NCBI GenBank assembly: GCA_030700255.1
Contig: JAUYJN010000029.1
Location: 6,589-70,588, forward strand
Length of the DNA: 64,000 bases
Direction of reading: 5' to 3'
Origin: Candidatus Peregrinibacteria bacterium
GTDB taxonomy: Bacteria; Patescibacteriota; Gracilibacteria; UBA1369; JABINC01
Shown: positions 47,348 through 57,780 of the stretch, piece after piece
Position numbering within the stretch: position 1 is the stretch's first letter
Layout of the letters: each line of letters starts with the position of its first letter
The notes under the pieces: model-generated
Databases searched by the model: none
What the model was told of the DNA's origin: nothing
What the model saw: only the letters and a program-made list of their open reading frames with translations
Translations under genes and position numbers: made by a program

Positions 47348-48064
47348 TTATTCCTCGAATCTGAAGCTCGCCACCATCTGCTCGAAGATTTTTTCTTCCT
47401 CCGGAGTTGGACCGGCCACACTCATGATATATAATTTACCGTCTTTTGCAAAATAAGCACTCATCCTTACATTCGATGAGCCCATACTGAGTCCGTCTTC
47501 CGGCATTTCACCGCGTACAATAATGATTGACCATGCTTCAGCATATATATGTATTCTTTTCGTCACATTATTCAACCATTTTTCTTGTTCCGCAATCATT
47601 GCCTCAACTGAAGAATAACCTTCGGGCATACCTACCATAACAACGATTTTTCCAGCATATTCCGACCCAAGAGTTTCAGGCAGGGCGGTGGAATCAAAGC
47701 TTGCATAGTCCATACCATTCACAATTCCATAATGATGCCAGTACCAATTCTTCGGGAAGTCTATGGAGTATTTATAAATTTTGTTCGTGAAGGTTTGCGG
47801 TTCGAAGACCGTTTCCGCGGTCAATTCCAACACTTCGGATTCAGCTTCGTTTTCTACCACAGGAGCTGTTTCGGTAGAGGGTGTTTCTTCCACAATCGGC
47901 GCAGGCACTACCACTTCTTCTTCGGATTCGATGACCACTTCATTCTCTTCCGGTTCTTCAACGACGCTTTCTACATTCTTATTATTGTACCAATACATAC
48001 CGCCTCCAACGATGATCGCAGTGATGAGAATTGCGAGAATGGGTGACTTCGCTTCATTATACAT
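47348..48064 (-). CDS. membrane-anchored extracytoplasmic protein with an acidic linker
   Basis: TM ILAILITAIIVGGGMYWY; C-terminal domain begins YSIDFPKNWYW. Confidence 0.55.
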   Translation of the reverse strand: MYNEAKSPILAILITAIIVGGGMYWYNNKNVESVVEEPEENEVVIESEEEVVVPAPIVEETPSTETAPVVENEAESEVLELTAETVFEPQTFTNKIYKYSIDFPKNWYWHHYGIVNGMDYASFDSTALPETLGSEYAGKIVVMVGMPEGYSSVEAMIAEQEKWLNNVTKRIHIYAEAWSIIIVRGEMPEDGLSMGSSNVRMSAYFAKDGKLYIMSVAGPTPEEEKIFEQMVASFRFEE

Positions 48065-48106
48065 AATGTAAAATTAAAGAATTAAATTCAGCCTTACTAT
48101 AACGGT

Positions 48107-50341
48107 TTAGTCCCGGTTATTCAAATATTGATAGATAGCGATAGCCACTTCATCACGTGTAAGTAGTTTAGAAGGATTTAATTTATTACCTCTATCAGGG
48201 AATAAATTATATTTTGAAGCTATACCTGCATATTGCGCGTACCATGCATTCGCATCAACATCAGTAAATCGATGTGAAAGGCCGGTTTGCAGTTCAAAGG
48301 TAAGTGTAAGCATCTTTAAAAATTCAGCCGTGTTCACAGTGCTTGCCGGTCCAAATGATCCGTCCCCGTAACCACTTATGATACCAAGGCCTGCTGCAGT
48401 AATTACATATTTTGTATACCACTGACTATTTAGTACATCGGTGAAATATCCATTGTTTACATTGTCAGGGACTTCTTCATAACGACTCAAAAGTAAGAAT
48501 TTAGCGGCTTCCGCACGGTTTACAGGACGAGAACCTTTGAATCCTCCATCAGGGAATCCTCCGATAATCGCATATCTATATAGAGCTGCGGCCGCCTTAC
48601 CGGCGAGTGTATTTATATTTGTGTCAGAAAATGGATTTTCTTGCGTCACAGTCGCAACTTGCACATCTTTTTCAAAGCCGGCAGGCGGCACAGTAACATT
48701 ACTATTGTTTGCAGCACTCACCCTAGTACTACCAGTATTTGAGCTATTATAAACAACAGCCTCCGAATCACCATCAAACGCAATCGTCATAGAATTGTTA
48801 GTTTCATCAGTTTCAGCTATATATCCAGCGTAATCTGGATACTGAGAAAGAAATTGATTATTATAAGAACGGTCAACAGTTACTTTAATACTGTTCTTTC
48901 CAGGATAGATATAGTTCACCCTTTTATTGCCATTCATTATCTGAGCAGGAATATTGAAGCTAAAAGTGCGAGTATGCCCTTTTTCTAAAAAAAGATGTCT
49001 TCCATTTACATTCTTTGTTGACATTTGATGCCATCCCCACTCATCATCCCCATTTAGGAAATCAACCCAAAGGCCAACAACATCGTATGGAGAATAGGCA
49101 TCTTCATCTCCAGCATTCACAACAACTACTTTTAGAGATCTATTAGATACCCCAAGATTAGAAGAATAGCTACTTAAATTTTCATCAAGATTAGCATCAT
49201 AATCAAGCACTTGAACACTAACAACTTTTAAGTCTGGGCCAAAAGATTCATTACTTACATCTCCATAACCGTATTTTGATACACAAGAATCACCATTCCT
49301 TACATAGCCACTTTCACATTGAAAATTATATCTTTCGATATACCTACCATTTTCTATCTTATCGATACAGCTAGATGGCATAAAATGAGCAGGTGGGTTT
49401 TGACAAGCTGGCACGGGGTCTGTACACGTACCTTTGTACATAACATATGGTGCATTACAAGTATTTGAAGGAGCAGGGACTGGGGCCGCATTACCATTAA
49501 TTAATGTTCTTGTTAAACAATTATCAGCCTCGTTAGATTCATCTACAATATTTAGTGCATCTATACAGGCTTTCACAATATGAGTTCCATATAAATCTTG
49601 TGGCTGAATAGAAGAACCATTATTTGCATAAAGAAAATTTCTTCTGGATGGTTCAAGTGTATCCCATCTATAAGTCCAAACAGGTGTTATCATATCATCT
49701 ATCCAAATATATGTAGACCCAAGTGTTGAAGGATTCACATCAACATTTGAAGTATTTTGCTGTGCTACTGTTAGCTCATTATTCCCACCAAAAACAATAT
49801 TTTCAATTTTAAGATTAGGCTTTTCGTTAGAATTATTATCTGCACCAACCTGATAACGAAACGACATCGTTGACTGTACAGTTCTAGAGGCGGCGGCATT
49901 GCCAAGAAGATTCCAACAATAACTACCTTCGACTGCACAATATACCAAAGCTTCAGTTATATAACTTCCTTGCACCGTTGGAGCTGGGAAGGTCGCATGC
50001 CAATACGCACCATCGAACGTTGCATTATATTGACTATTCGTAACGTACGATTGAATATATGAAGCAGGGGACGTTGCATCATAAGTGTAATATTGAACCG
50101 CCCACCCTTGCGATGGTGCGGCGGCGGTGATGGCCGGTGTGTTGACTGTTTTAATTTCCACATCAATAGTCTCACCGGGCAAATAAGATGAATATTCTCC
50201 GGTGATGTCAGTTATATCTACATATGATGAAGACATATTTCCATAAAGTGCAAAAGCACTATTCACGAAAAGTGAGGACAGAATAAGCGCTGAAATTACC
50301 AGTGCACTTATTTTTCTTGTAAAACTACTTGGTCTATACAT
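48107..50341 (-). CDS. S-layer-homology (SLH) domain surface protein with CARDB-like repeats
   Basis: Signal peptide; DESNEADNC and ETDETNNS CARDB-type motifs; three C-terminal SLH repeats (FSDTN...GGFPDGGFKG..PVNRAEAAKFLL, and so on). Confidence 0.85.
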   Translation of the reverse strand: MYRPSSFTRKISALVISALILSSLFVNSAFALYGNMSSSYVDITDITGEYSSYLPGETIDVEIKTVNTPAITAAAPSQGWAVQYYTYDATSPASYIQSYVTNSQYNATFDGAYWHATFPAPTVQGSYITEALVYCAVEGSYCWNLLGNAAASRTVQSTMSFRYQVGADNNSNEKPNLKIENIVFGGNNELTVAQQNTSNVDVNPSTLGSTYIWIDDMITPVWTYRWDTLEPSRRNFLYANNGSSIQPQDLYGTHIVKACIDALNIVDESNEADNCLTRTLINGNAAPVPAPSNTCNAPYVMYKGTCTDPVPACQNPPAHFMPSSCIDKIENGRYIERYNFQCESGYVRNGDSCVSKYGYGDVSNESFGPDLKVVSVQVLDYDANLDENLSSYSSNLGVSNRSLKVVVVNAGDEDAYSPYDVVGLWVDFLNGDDEWGWHQMSTKNVNGRHLFLEKGHTRTFSFNIPAQIMNGNKRVNYIYPGKNSIKVTVDRSYNNQFLSQYPDYAGYIAETDETNNSMTIAFDGDSEAVVYNSSNTGSTRVSAANNSNVTVPPAGFEKDVQVATVTQENPFSDTNINTLAGKAAAALYRYAIIGGFPDGGFKGSRPVNRAEAAKFLLLSRYEEVPDNVNNGYFTDVLNSQWYTKYVITAAGLGIISGYGDGSFGPASTVNTAEFLKMLTLTFELQTGLSHRFTDVDANAWYAQYAGIASKYNLFPDRGNKLNPSKLLTRDEVAIAIYQYLNNRD

Positions 50342-50427
50342 GTTAAATTGGTTAATTTATGAAATTTATTAAAGTAGAAAAACGTTTCAAAAGTTAAAGT
50401 ACAAATTTTAGAAAAAGGTTACAAAAA

Positions 50428-51942
50428 TTAATTTCCAACAATACTCCTTGCCATCTTCATAAGTCGCTCTTCCTCAGAAGAAGTTGCCCAAAGCACATAA
50501 GTTTCTCCTTCGGTTTCACGCTGCATTACAAGATAAACACCATACTTATCCCCATCTGTTGGATGGGAAATAAAAGCTTCTTTATCAGGAATCAAATTTG
50601 TTTTCTCAAATGAAAATGGTATGTCTGACATAGCGTCAGCAATTTTTTCCTTCCGTACTTCGATTGAAATCAGATAATTACCTTTGAGAGGTTTATCATT
50701 AAACAAATATTTTCCACTTTGACCTTGAACATACCAATTGGACGGATATTGCACGGAAAAATGAAACGGAACACTTTCAAATAATCTATATCCCTCTTCA
50801 AGTACTATTGGGCTCGTATCTCCATCTTCAGATTCCCTGATTACTAGAGTAGAGAGACCTTTTATTTTATCTTCACCGTCAACGATCTCCCAATCGGTAA
50901 CAGTCCCTTCTTTGAATATAGCCTCAACCATAACATCAGAGATTTTGGACTGAGAGAAGTGATAAGAAGTCAGTATACGACCGAATTTTTCGTTTGATTC
51001 ATATGCGACATAGACATAACCGGCTTCATCCGGTGGAAGACCTTCATCCGGTGTATTTAAAAATTCAAATCTGGATATAGAGTACTCACCACCTCCATAA
51101 TCAGGTACGATCTCCGCCAGATGCTCGCCAAAATAAGATTTAACAGTATCTATTTCAATGGCACTATAATTCCCATTTGAAGCAGACTCGCTATTGTCAG
51201 CCACTTGATCCTTTAACGGTACAAACCTAAAAGAATTAAGAATAGTTTTTAATTCATTTTTTGATTCATCATCAGAAAAAGTTAAATCAACTTGGTATAT
51301 ATATCGGTTCGTACGTGATATGAAATAAGTATTTTTTGTATTACTAAACTCATACAAATAAGCCTTTAGTCGATCATGACCTATAAATACCGGCGTTCCA
51401 TTAACCTTATCCGAAAGATTGAGCCATTCATCCAGAGTAAGAGAATCTTTGTTATCAAGGCGTGTAATTTTAAATGAACTTTGCTCTTTTGAAAACACGA
51501 CCTGATTTATATATTCTTTCACTTCAAAATCGACCAGATCCTCTAATTTGAAACCAAGATCCAAATTCTGATATTTTTTAACTATATCATGTTTAACGTC
51601 TTGCTCTATAACTTCACCTATCAGTGGAACGATACTTTCTATCGCTATTATCTCCTTTCCTGATTCGGTTATAGTCACTATTTCTCCGCTTATTTGAAGA
51701 TTCGCATTCTTATATTTGTCTTTATCAAGATCAAGAAACTGACTATACACATAATATATGTTACCATCATAAGTTTCGAGTATATGATCAGCTTTGGATT
51801 CGACCATAACTTCACCAAGACTTTTCAGAGTCCCCGTATATGTGACAGACTCACCTTCACGCGTAATTTCAGTAGTAGTACCACCACAGCTGATTAGAGC
51901 TAGAGATGATAAAATCACACTTATATATTTAGAATATTTCAT
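50428..51942 (-). CDS. lipoprotein of unknown function
   Basis: Lipobox LALISCGG; C-terminal domain begins FSVQYPSNWYV. Confidence 0.6.
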   Translation of the reverse strand: MKYSKYISVILSSLALISCGGTTTEITREGESVTYTGTLKSLGEVMVESKADHILETYDGNIYYVYSQFLDLDKDKYKNANLQISGEIVTITESGKEIIAIESIVPLIGEVIEQDVKHDIVKKYQNLDLGFKLEDLVDFEVKEYINQVVFSKEQSSFKITRLDNKDSLTLDEWLNLSDKVNGTPVFIGHDRLKAYLYEFSNTKNTYFISRTNRYIYQVDLTFSDDESKNELKTILNSFRFVPLKDQVADNSESASNGNYSAIEIDTVKSYFGEHLAEIVPDYGGGEYSISRFEFLNTPDEGLPPDEAGYVYVAYESNEKFGRILTSYHFSQSKISDVMVEAIFKEGTVTDWEIVDGEDKIKGLSTLVIRESEDGDTSPIVLEEGYRLFESVPFHFSVQYPSNWYVQGQSGKYLFNDKPLKGNYLISIEVRKEKIADAMSDIPFSFEKTNLIPDKEAFISHPTDGDKYGVYLVMQRETEGETYVLWATSSEEERLMKMARSIVGN

Positions 51943-51944
51943 AG

Positions 51945-52970
51945 TTATATGCCTAAGTATTCAATTGCAAGATCTGTGATCTTACGACCTTTTGGAGTCC
52001 TTTCCAGGAACCCGAGTTGTAATAAAAATGGTTCATAACAATCTTCAATAGTGTCCTCTTCCTCTGAAGTAGCGGCAGATAGCGTATTTAGTCCGACAGG
52101 ACCACCTCTGAATTTATGAGCTATAGTTTCAAGTATCATACGATCATTTTGATCAAGCCCGAGATGATCTATACCAAGCATATTGAGAGTAGTATTCGCA
52201 CACTTGATATCGATAGAAGTCATATCATTGATTTCAGCATAATCACGGATTCTACGAAGTAATCTATTTGCAATACGCGGAGTTCTTCTGGATGCGGATG
52301 CTATTTTTGCAGCTGACTCTTGGTCTACAGAGGTGTCGAGGATGCGCGCGGAGCGCGCAACTATATCAGATATTTCTATTTCATTATAAAAATTCAATTT
52401 AAAAATATTTCCAAATCTATCGTGAAGCGGGTTTGAAAGCATACTCACTTTCGTAGTTGCACCTATAAGTGTGAATTTAGGAAGATTTATACGCATAGAA
52501 CGAGCCGATGGACCTTTACCTATGATAATATCAACCGCATAATCTTCCATAGCACTATAGAGAACTTCTTCGATAATCGGTTTGGTTCTGTGAATTTCAT
52601 CTATAAAAAGCATATCACCATCATGCAGATTCGTGAGGATAGCAACTATGTCACCTTGCTTCTCTAGAGCGGGACCGGAGGTGATTTTCAGATGAGTCCC
52701 CATTTCATTTGCTATAATACAAGCAAGCGTAGTCTTACCAAGCCCCGGAGGCCCATAAAGGAGTAGATGGTCCAAAGGTTCGCCACGTTTTTTCGCAGCT
52801 CTCAGCGCTATATCAAGGTTTGCTTTAATATCATCCTGCCCAATATATTCATCCAAAGTTTGAGGACGAAGTTTATTTTCCACTTTATCGGAATTACCAA
52901 AAGACCCTTCAACGACTCGCTCATCTAAGCTCGCCGATTGTACTTCCGCCTGTGGATTATCCTCAATCAT
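51945..52970 (-). CDS. ruvB: Holliday junction branch migration helicase RuvB
   Basis: [12 protein letters not shown]...[15 protein letters not shown]...LFIDEIHR. Confidence 0.95.
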   Translation of the reverse strand: MIEDNPQAEVQSASLDERVVEGSFGNSDKVENKLRPQTLDEYIGQDDIKANLDIALRAAKKRGEPLDHLLLYGPPGLGKTTLACIIANEMGTHLKITSGPALEKQGDIVAILTNLHDGDMLFIDEIHRTKPIIEEVLYSAMEDYAVDIIIGKGPSARSMRINLPKFTLIGATTKVSMLSNPLHDRFGNIFKLNFYNEIEISDIVARSARILDTSVDQESAAKIASASRRTPRIANRLLRRIRDYAEINDMTSIDIKCANTTLNMLGIDHLGLDQNDRMILETIAHKFRGGPVGLNTLSAATSEEEDTIEDCYEPFLLQLGFLERTPKGRKITDLAIEYLGI

Positions 52971-53086
52971 CTATTGTTTTTTTTATCATATAAAACGCAA
53001 ACACTATAAGGTATATAATAAAATGATACAACTTGAAACTATTGATATTATTAAAGTACACTTGCAGCACTCAAAGACAAACGAAC

Positions 53087-53848
53087 ATGCCAACAAGACA
53101 AATAGAAAATAATTCAAAGTGGGAAATAAAAGACGTTATTAAGGTTCTTTTAGGTTTTGCCATTATCAATATCTTCCTACTTATATTAACTCTAATACAT
53201 AAGAAAACACATGTATTAGATTTCCTTACAACATCAAATCAAGCGGTAAACGGAATTCTTATTTATGTCCTCAGCGCAGCAACTTTCCTCCTACCGCTTT
53301 GGTTTTTCACGATAAGAAATCAAGAAATAACAACCGGACAAGCCGCCGGATTAAATGATTTCAACATAAAAAGAATAAGCGTTCTACAGGCTATCAAGAC
53401 AATATTAATCGGATATGGGGTTTTGATTATATTCGGAGCTGTACTTATCATAATAAAACAATACGTCGGAGATCTGCCTGGCTTAAGCCCGCAAGAATCC
53501 ATGATACCGGTTTTTGGAGAAGGAAGGGTGGCAATAATAACCATCTCAATAATCGCAGTGGGCATCGCTCCAATGATAGAAGAAATCTTTTTCAGAGGAT
53601 TTCTCTTAAATACACTTATGAGTAAATGTCCATTTTTCATCGCATCGACAATAACATCAGCGATATTTGCATTTGTACATTTCCAATTCGAAAGCATGCT
53701 CGCAATTTTTATACTTTCTATGATCATCAATTATCTTTACAAGATAAATGGTAATTCAACTACAGCTACAATCATATTTCATATGGCAAATAACTTAGTC
53801 GCCATAATACTCCTTACAAATCTCGATAAAATTACATTCTTACAGTAA
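53087..53848 (+). CDS. CPBP-family intramembrane glutamic endopeptidase (CAAX protease-like)
   Basis: Polytopic membrane protein with EEIFFRGFL and a distal FxxxH (FAFVH) motif; start placed at ATG 53087. Confidence 0.8.
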   Translation: MPTRQIENNSKWEIKDVIKVLLGFAIINIFLLILTLIHKKTHVLDFLTTSNQAVNGILIYVLSAATFLLPLWFFTIRNQEITTGQAAGLNDFNIKRISVLQAIKTILIGYGVLIIFGAVLIIIKQYVGDLPGLSPQESMIPVFGEGRVAIITISIIAVGIAPMIEEIFFRGFLLNTLMSKCPFFIASTITSAIFAFVHFQFESMLAIFILSMIINYLYKINGNSTTATIIFHMANNLVAIILLTNLDKITFLQ

Positions 53849-53877
53849 CTTAAAACTTACATCCATAACTAAAAAGA

Positions 53878-53953
53878 TGGTACGCGAGGCAGGAATCGAA
53901 CCTGCGACCAATAGCTTAGAAGGCTACTGCTCTATCCACTGAGCTACTCGCGC
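53878..53953 (-). tRNA. tRNA-Arg (anticodon UCU), CCA encoded
   Basis: The reverse complement folds as a cloverleaf: acceptor GCGCGAG/CTCGCGT, D arm GCTC..GAGC, anticodon stem GTAGC/GCTAT with loop CTTCTAA, T arm GCAGG TTCGATT CCTGC, then ACCA. Confidence 0.9.
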
Positions 53954-54049
53954 ATATTTCAAGTTGCCCAAAAAGGCAAATGAAATTGTATATAAACGTT
54001 ACTACAAGGACAAGTGCAAATGATATTAGCAAGATAGGGTTCCAATCAA

Positions 54050-54664
54050 CTACTCTTCATCAGTAAATACTATTAGTCGCTCAGAAAAAGTCTTTGTCAC
54101 ATTATTCCAAACCCCTGTGCAAGTGATGAGATTTAAGTGAGCTTTACCATCGTTTGATTCAAACGCATTTGGCACAATCTCGTCTTTGCCGTAATTTCGA
54201 ATTTCATTCACAATGAAGGTAGTAATTACCCCTTTCTCATCTTCAACAAACACCCTATCGCCTTTGTTTAATTTATGTAAATTATCAAATACTGCCGGTG
54301 TATGATTTTTCCAGCCATAATGTCCAGCAATAACGGCACTACCATTCTCACCAGGGTGTGGCCCAAGATTGAACCACGTCACATTCATAGGATCATCTGA
54401 TACATCCATTGCCCCACTAGATGTGAGCCCCAAATACTCAACATGAGCGTCGACATTTATACTTGGGATCTTAAGACTCACCGGCAACCCAACAAGCACC
54501 TGTTCTTTAATTGAGGAGGCGATTACATATTTAATTAAAATTGTTGGTCCAACTTGGATCGATTTTGTCGAAAGAGCATAAGGCGAAAGCGCTATGAAGA
54601 AAGTTAATCCTAAAAGGATAGGTATTGATAATAACGCTTTCTTTAGTGTTTTTTTTAATTCCAT
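54050..54664 (-). CDS. sortase family transpeptidase
   Basis: N-terminal TM anchor, AVIAGH (catalytic His), LITCTG (catalytic Cys, TLxTC-type), distal Arg in ERLIVF. Confidence 0.85.
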   Translation of the reverse strand: MELKKTLKKALLSIPILLGLTFFIALSPYALSTKSIQVGPTILIKYVIASSIKEQVLVGLPVSLKIPSINVDAHVEYLGLTSSGAMDVSDDPMNVTWFNLGPHPGENGSAVIAGHYGWKNHTPAVFDNLHKLNKGDRVFVEDEKGVITTFIVNEIRNYGKDEIVPNAFESNDGKAHLNLITCTGVWNNVTKTFSERLIVFTDEE

Positions 54665-56151
54665 ACTTTCTTAAAAATAAGACTCAAAGCACCAAAAATA
54701 CCAGCTAATATAGCGATATTCCATGTAATACTTTTTTCGTTAGAGCTAATACCAGTATCTGGCAAACTAGGAGCTGTTACAGCTGTAGTCATGGCCATAG
54801 CTGGCGCTGTAGTCAGGGTCATAGCTGGCGCCGTGGTAAGAGCTATAGCTTCAGTAGATGGCAACGGTCTTGCTTCCGAACATGAATCAGTAATACCTGC
54901 ATCCAACCCCTCACAAGCCCAAGTCCAAGCGGTATAACCAATAGACTTATTAACACTGGTACCTATATCACAACTATAGTGGGTAGAAGAACATAACCCA
55001 TCAACAGGTGTCGGTGTCGGTGTCGGTGTCGGGTCTGGAGTAGATGGCAACGGTCTTGCTTCCGAACATGAATCAGTAATACCTGCATCCAACCCCTCAC
55101 AAGCCCAAGTCCAAACGATAGGACCAATAACCTTACTCACACTGGTACCTATATCACAACTATAGTGGGTAGAAGAACATGACCCATCGATAGGTGTAGG
55201 CGGTAATAATTTTGCTTCTGAACATGAAGCATCAGTGCCTGTATTCAAACCAACACAAGCCCAAGTCCAAGCTGTAGATCCGTTAAGATTATTTTCATTA
55301 ATACCTGTATCACAACTATAATGAGTAGAAGAACATGATCCATCAATAGGTGTCGGAGCTGGATCCGAAGCTGAAGGTGAAGGTGAAGATGGTGCCAAAG
55401 AAAGCAAAATGGTATTGGCATCAAGCGTAACTGCAGTCTGCGCAAGAGCCCTACCATTTAAAGTTGCACCAGTATTCAATATAATTGCCGCTTGATCCAA
55501 GATATTCCCACTAAAGATTGAATTTTTCCCAAGTGTCGTTTGACCAGCTACCTGCCAAAAAACATTAGAAGCTTGAGCGCCTCCGCTCAATACAACTTCC
55601 ATAGCTGAACTTATGGTAAGATTTTGCGCTACTTGGAAGACCCAAACATCATTTGCTCCACCGGAAAGGGTAACGTCAGTTGGTATAGTTACGCCAGTAC
55701 TCCATTTATAAAGACCAGGAGCAAGCGTCATTCCACCAATATTTCCAGCACCGAGTTCAGTCGCAATCGGAATTGTTCTTCCAGCAGCATCTGTATATGC
55801 AGCCTCCATATCACTTATAGCTGTACTCATTTTTGCTGGAGTAGGGATCGTATAATCAGATGCATATATATCTCCGGTTACCAAAGATGAGGTCGAAAAT
55901 GTGTTTGAAGAGTCCATTATCAACCCAAAACCTGTTATAGCAGTAGCAGTAATTGGACTAACCCCAATATCTCCAGTAATCGATGTAGATCCAGTTGTTG
56001 AGATCCCGGACTTTGCCAAGATAACAAAATCACCAGCTGAACCGAGATTTATTGTTGCTGGACCAGCCGCAAACGCAGTAATAGAAAGGACTACAAACGT
56101 CAGAGAAACGACTAACATTGTTAGTATCGAATTCTTATTAATTGTTTTCAT
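54655..56151 (-). CDS. DUF3494 ice-binding-like surface protein with three Cys4 repeats and an LPDTG sorting signal
   Basis: LGSAGDFVILAKSGISTTGSTSITGDIGVSP (DUF3494 N-terminal signature); C-terminal LPDTG, a hydrophobic helix and a KK tail. Confidence 0.85.
   Translation of the reverse strand: MKTINKNSILTMLVVSLTFVVLSITAFAAGPATINLGSAGDFVILAKSGISTTGSTSITGDIGVSPITATAITGFGLIMDSSNTFSTSSLVTGDIYASDYTIPTPAKMSTAISDMEAAYTDAAGRTIPIATELGAGNIGGMTLAPGLYKWSTGVTIPTDVTLSGGANDVWVFQVAQNLTISSAMEVVLSGGAQASNVFWQVAGQTTLGKNSIFSGNILDQAAIILNTGATLNGRALAQTAVTLDANTILLSLAPSSPSPSASDPAPTPIDGSCSSTHYSCDTGINENNLNGSTAWTWACVGLNTGTDASCSEAKLLPPTPIDGSCSSTHYSCDIGTSVSKVIGPIVWTWACEGLDAGITDSCSEARPLPSTPDPTPTPTPTPVDGLCSSTHYSCDIGTSVNKSIGYTAWTWACEGLDAGITDSCSEARPLPSTEAIALTTAPAMTLTTAPAMAMTTAVTAPSLPDTGISSNEKSITWNIAILAGIFGALSLIFKKVWN
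54853..55179 (-). repeat. 186-bp-period coding repeat including a 76-bp perfect duplication
   Basis: 54853-54928 is identical to 55039-55114; a further 41-bp match lies downstream with the same period. Confidence 0.85.
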
Positions 56152-56452
56152 AGTAAATTTTTAAATAATAAATTAGGAATTTTTAAATAATTTTTCAAGT
56201 AAAAGGTTTTTGAGTAAATATTTTTGAAAAAAGATTTATTTCATTTCTCTCATCTTTTGAGTTTCTTCTTCAGTTATTATTAGCCTGTCAATTAAATACT
56301 TGTTTAAGAATTAAAGTATACTGGTTAACAAACAGCTTGTCCATAGAGAAAAACCTATCAAAAAAAATATTTAAATATAATCACTATCTATCTAAACATA
56401 TTCTCTATAGTATCAATATCTTCAGACAAAATTATTATTAATTTACAATCTC

Positions 56453-57190
56453 ATGAATTCAAGAAAAACTTTTCTCTTTGTCCTGGTTGGTTTGTTTATC
56501 CTAGGTGGCTGCTCAGTGACAGAAGGTACAAAAACAATTCAAGTCGAAGAACAATCTTCTGATATTATCCCATTAGAAGATGCCAGTGAAAACAATCGGA
56601 GCATTGGCTTGACGCAATCACCTCAAATAGAAACAGCTCAATTTAAAGAACAGGCTGTCAACAACCCTATTATTGCCTTAAAAGACGCTGATCAAAATAA
56701 TCAGGAAACTAACTGTGATAATACTCTTGGGGGTTGTCCTGTGGCACAAATTTCCAAAATAGAAACAAATCCATTTATGGAACAAACCGTTGATATATTT
56801 CTTATAGCCTTAGAGGATAATGGTCAAAACGGTGAAAAGATTGGCTGTAATGATAGTGTTTTGGCAGTTAGTAGAACCATACCTCCAACTACTAATTTGA
56901 TTGAAGACACTCTATCGGAGCTTTTATCTGTAAAGGGACAATATTATGGAAAATCAGGTCTATATAATGCTCTATACCAATCAGATTTAGAAGTATCAAA
57001 AATAAACGTAAACAACAGAACTGCATCTGTTTATTTAACAGGAGAATATCTTCTTGGCGGAATGTGTGACACTCCTCGATTCGATGCTCAACTTCGACAA
57101 ACAATTTTACAATTCCCGGAAATACAACAAGCATTCATCTTTATCAATGGTACAGAAATAGGAGAACTTTTTTCTGCTCAAGGTATTTAG
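56453..57190 (+). CDS. lipoprotein, possibly GerMN-domain
   Basis: Lipobox ILGGC; the C-terminal half loosely resembles GerMN (IGCNDSVLAV...TASVYLTGEY). Confidence 0.45.
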   Translation: MNSRKTFLFVLVGLFILGGCSVTEGTKTIQVEEQSSDIIPLEDASENNRSIGLTQSPQIETAQFKEQAVNNPIIALKDADQNNQETNCDNTLGGCPVAQISKIETNPFMEQTVDIFLIALEDNGQNGEKIGCNDSVLAVSRTIPPTTNLIEDTLSELLSVKGQYYGKSGLYNALYQSDLEVSKINVNNRTASVYLTGEYLLGGMCDTPRFDAQLRQTILQFPEIQQAFIFINGTEIGELFSAQGI

Positions 57191-57205
57191 TGGTAAATTC
57201 TTCAT

Positions 57206-57448
57206 ATGACTGATCAAAGAAATATTAACGACGAACAGAAGAATAATCCTCTACATGGAATAAAGTTAGCTGATATTTTAGAACGTCTGGTAGCTGAATA
57301 TGGCTGGGAGACGCTAGGAATGAAAGTAGATATACGGTGTTTTAACGAAAAGCCATCCATAAAATCAAGTTTAAAGTTTCTTCGGAAAACCCCTTGGGCA
57401 AGGGAGAAGGTTGAAGTACTATATCTTCAATTAACTCAAATCAACTAA
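57206..57448 (+). CDS. VF530/DUF2132-family small DNA-binding protein
   Basis: [25 protein letters not shown]...[26 protein letters not shown] matches the DUF2132 signature. Confidence 0.6.
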   Translation: MTDQRNINDEQKNNPLHGIKLADILERLVAEYGWETLGMKVDIRCFNEKPSIKSSLKFLRKTPWAREKVEVLYLQLTQIN

Positions 57449-57457
57449 TAAAACAAA

Positions 57458-57775
57458 ATGAATACAATAGAATTTTTAAGACAATTTCGTGTTTTCGAAT
57501 ATGCTATTTTTGATCTAGTAGCCTCATTTTTGGGAATATATCTACTTTCACCATTATTATCAAAACTTTTTAAAAAACTAAAACTCGATATACCAAAACT
57601 AAACTGGGTTTTTCTAACATTACCAATTAGCATCGGAACTCACTTCGCTGTCGGCACGATAACACCAATGACAGAAAATTTTATAAATCTTCACGATCAC
57701 TACATATTAAAAATAATAGTCATTGGCATGACCATCCTCGGATTAAGAGGAATAAGGATTGTTAAGAAAAGGTAA
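57458..57775 (+). CDS. small membrane protein
   Basis: 105-aa ORF with three hydrophobic helices. Confidence 0.45.
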   Translation: MNTIEFLRQFRVFEYAIFDLVASFLGIYLLSPLLSKLFKKLKLDIPKLNWVFLTLPISIGTHFAVGTITPMTENFINLHDHYILKIIVIGMTILGLRGIRIVKKR

Positions 57776-57780
57776 GGTGC

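Noticed and set aside
53878-56151. A tRNA-Arg-adjacent sortase cassette as an integrated genomic island
   Set aside because: There is no integrase, no duplicated tRNA 3' end (att repeat) and no visible compositional break.
56156-56191. A direct repeat of aatttttaaataat (22-bp period) upstream of the LPDTG protein gene
   Set aside because: It is low-complexity A/T sequence. It could be an UP-like element but cannot be told apart from compositional noise.
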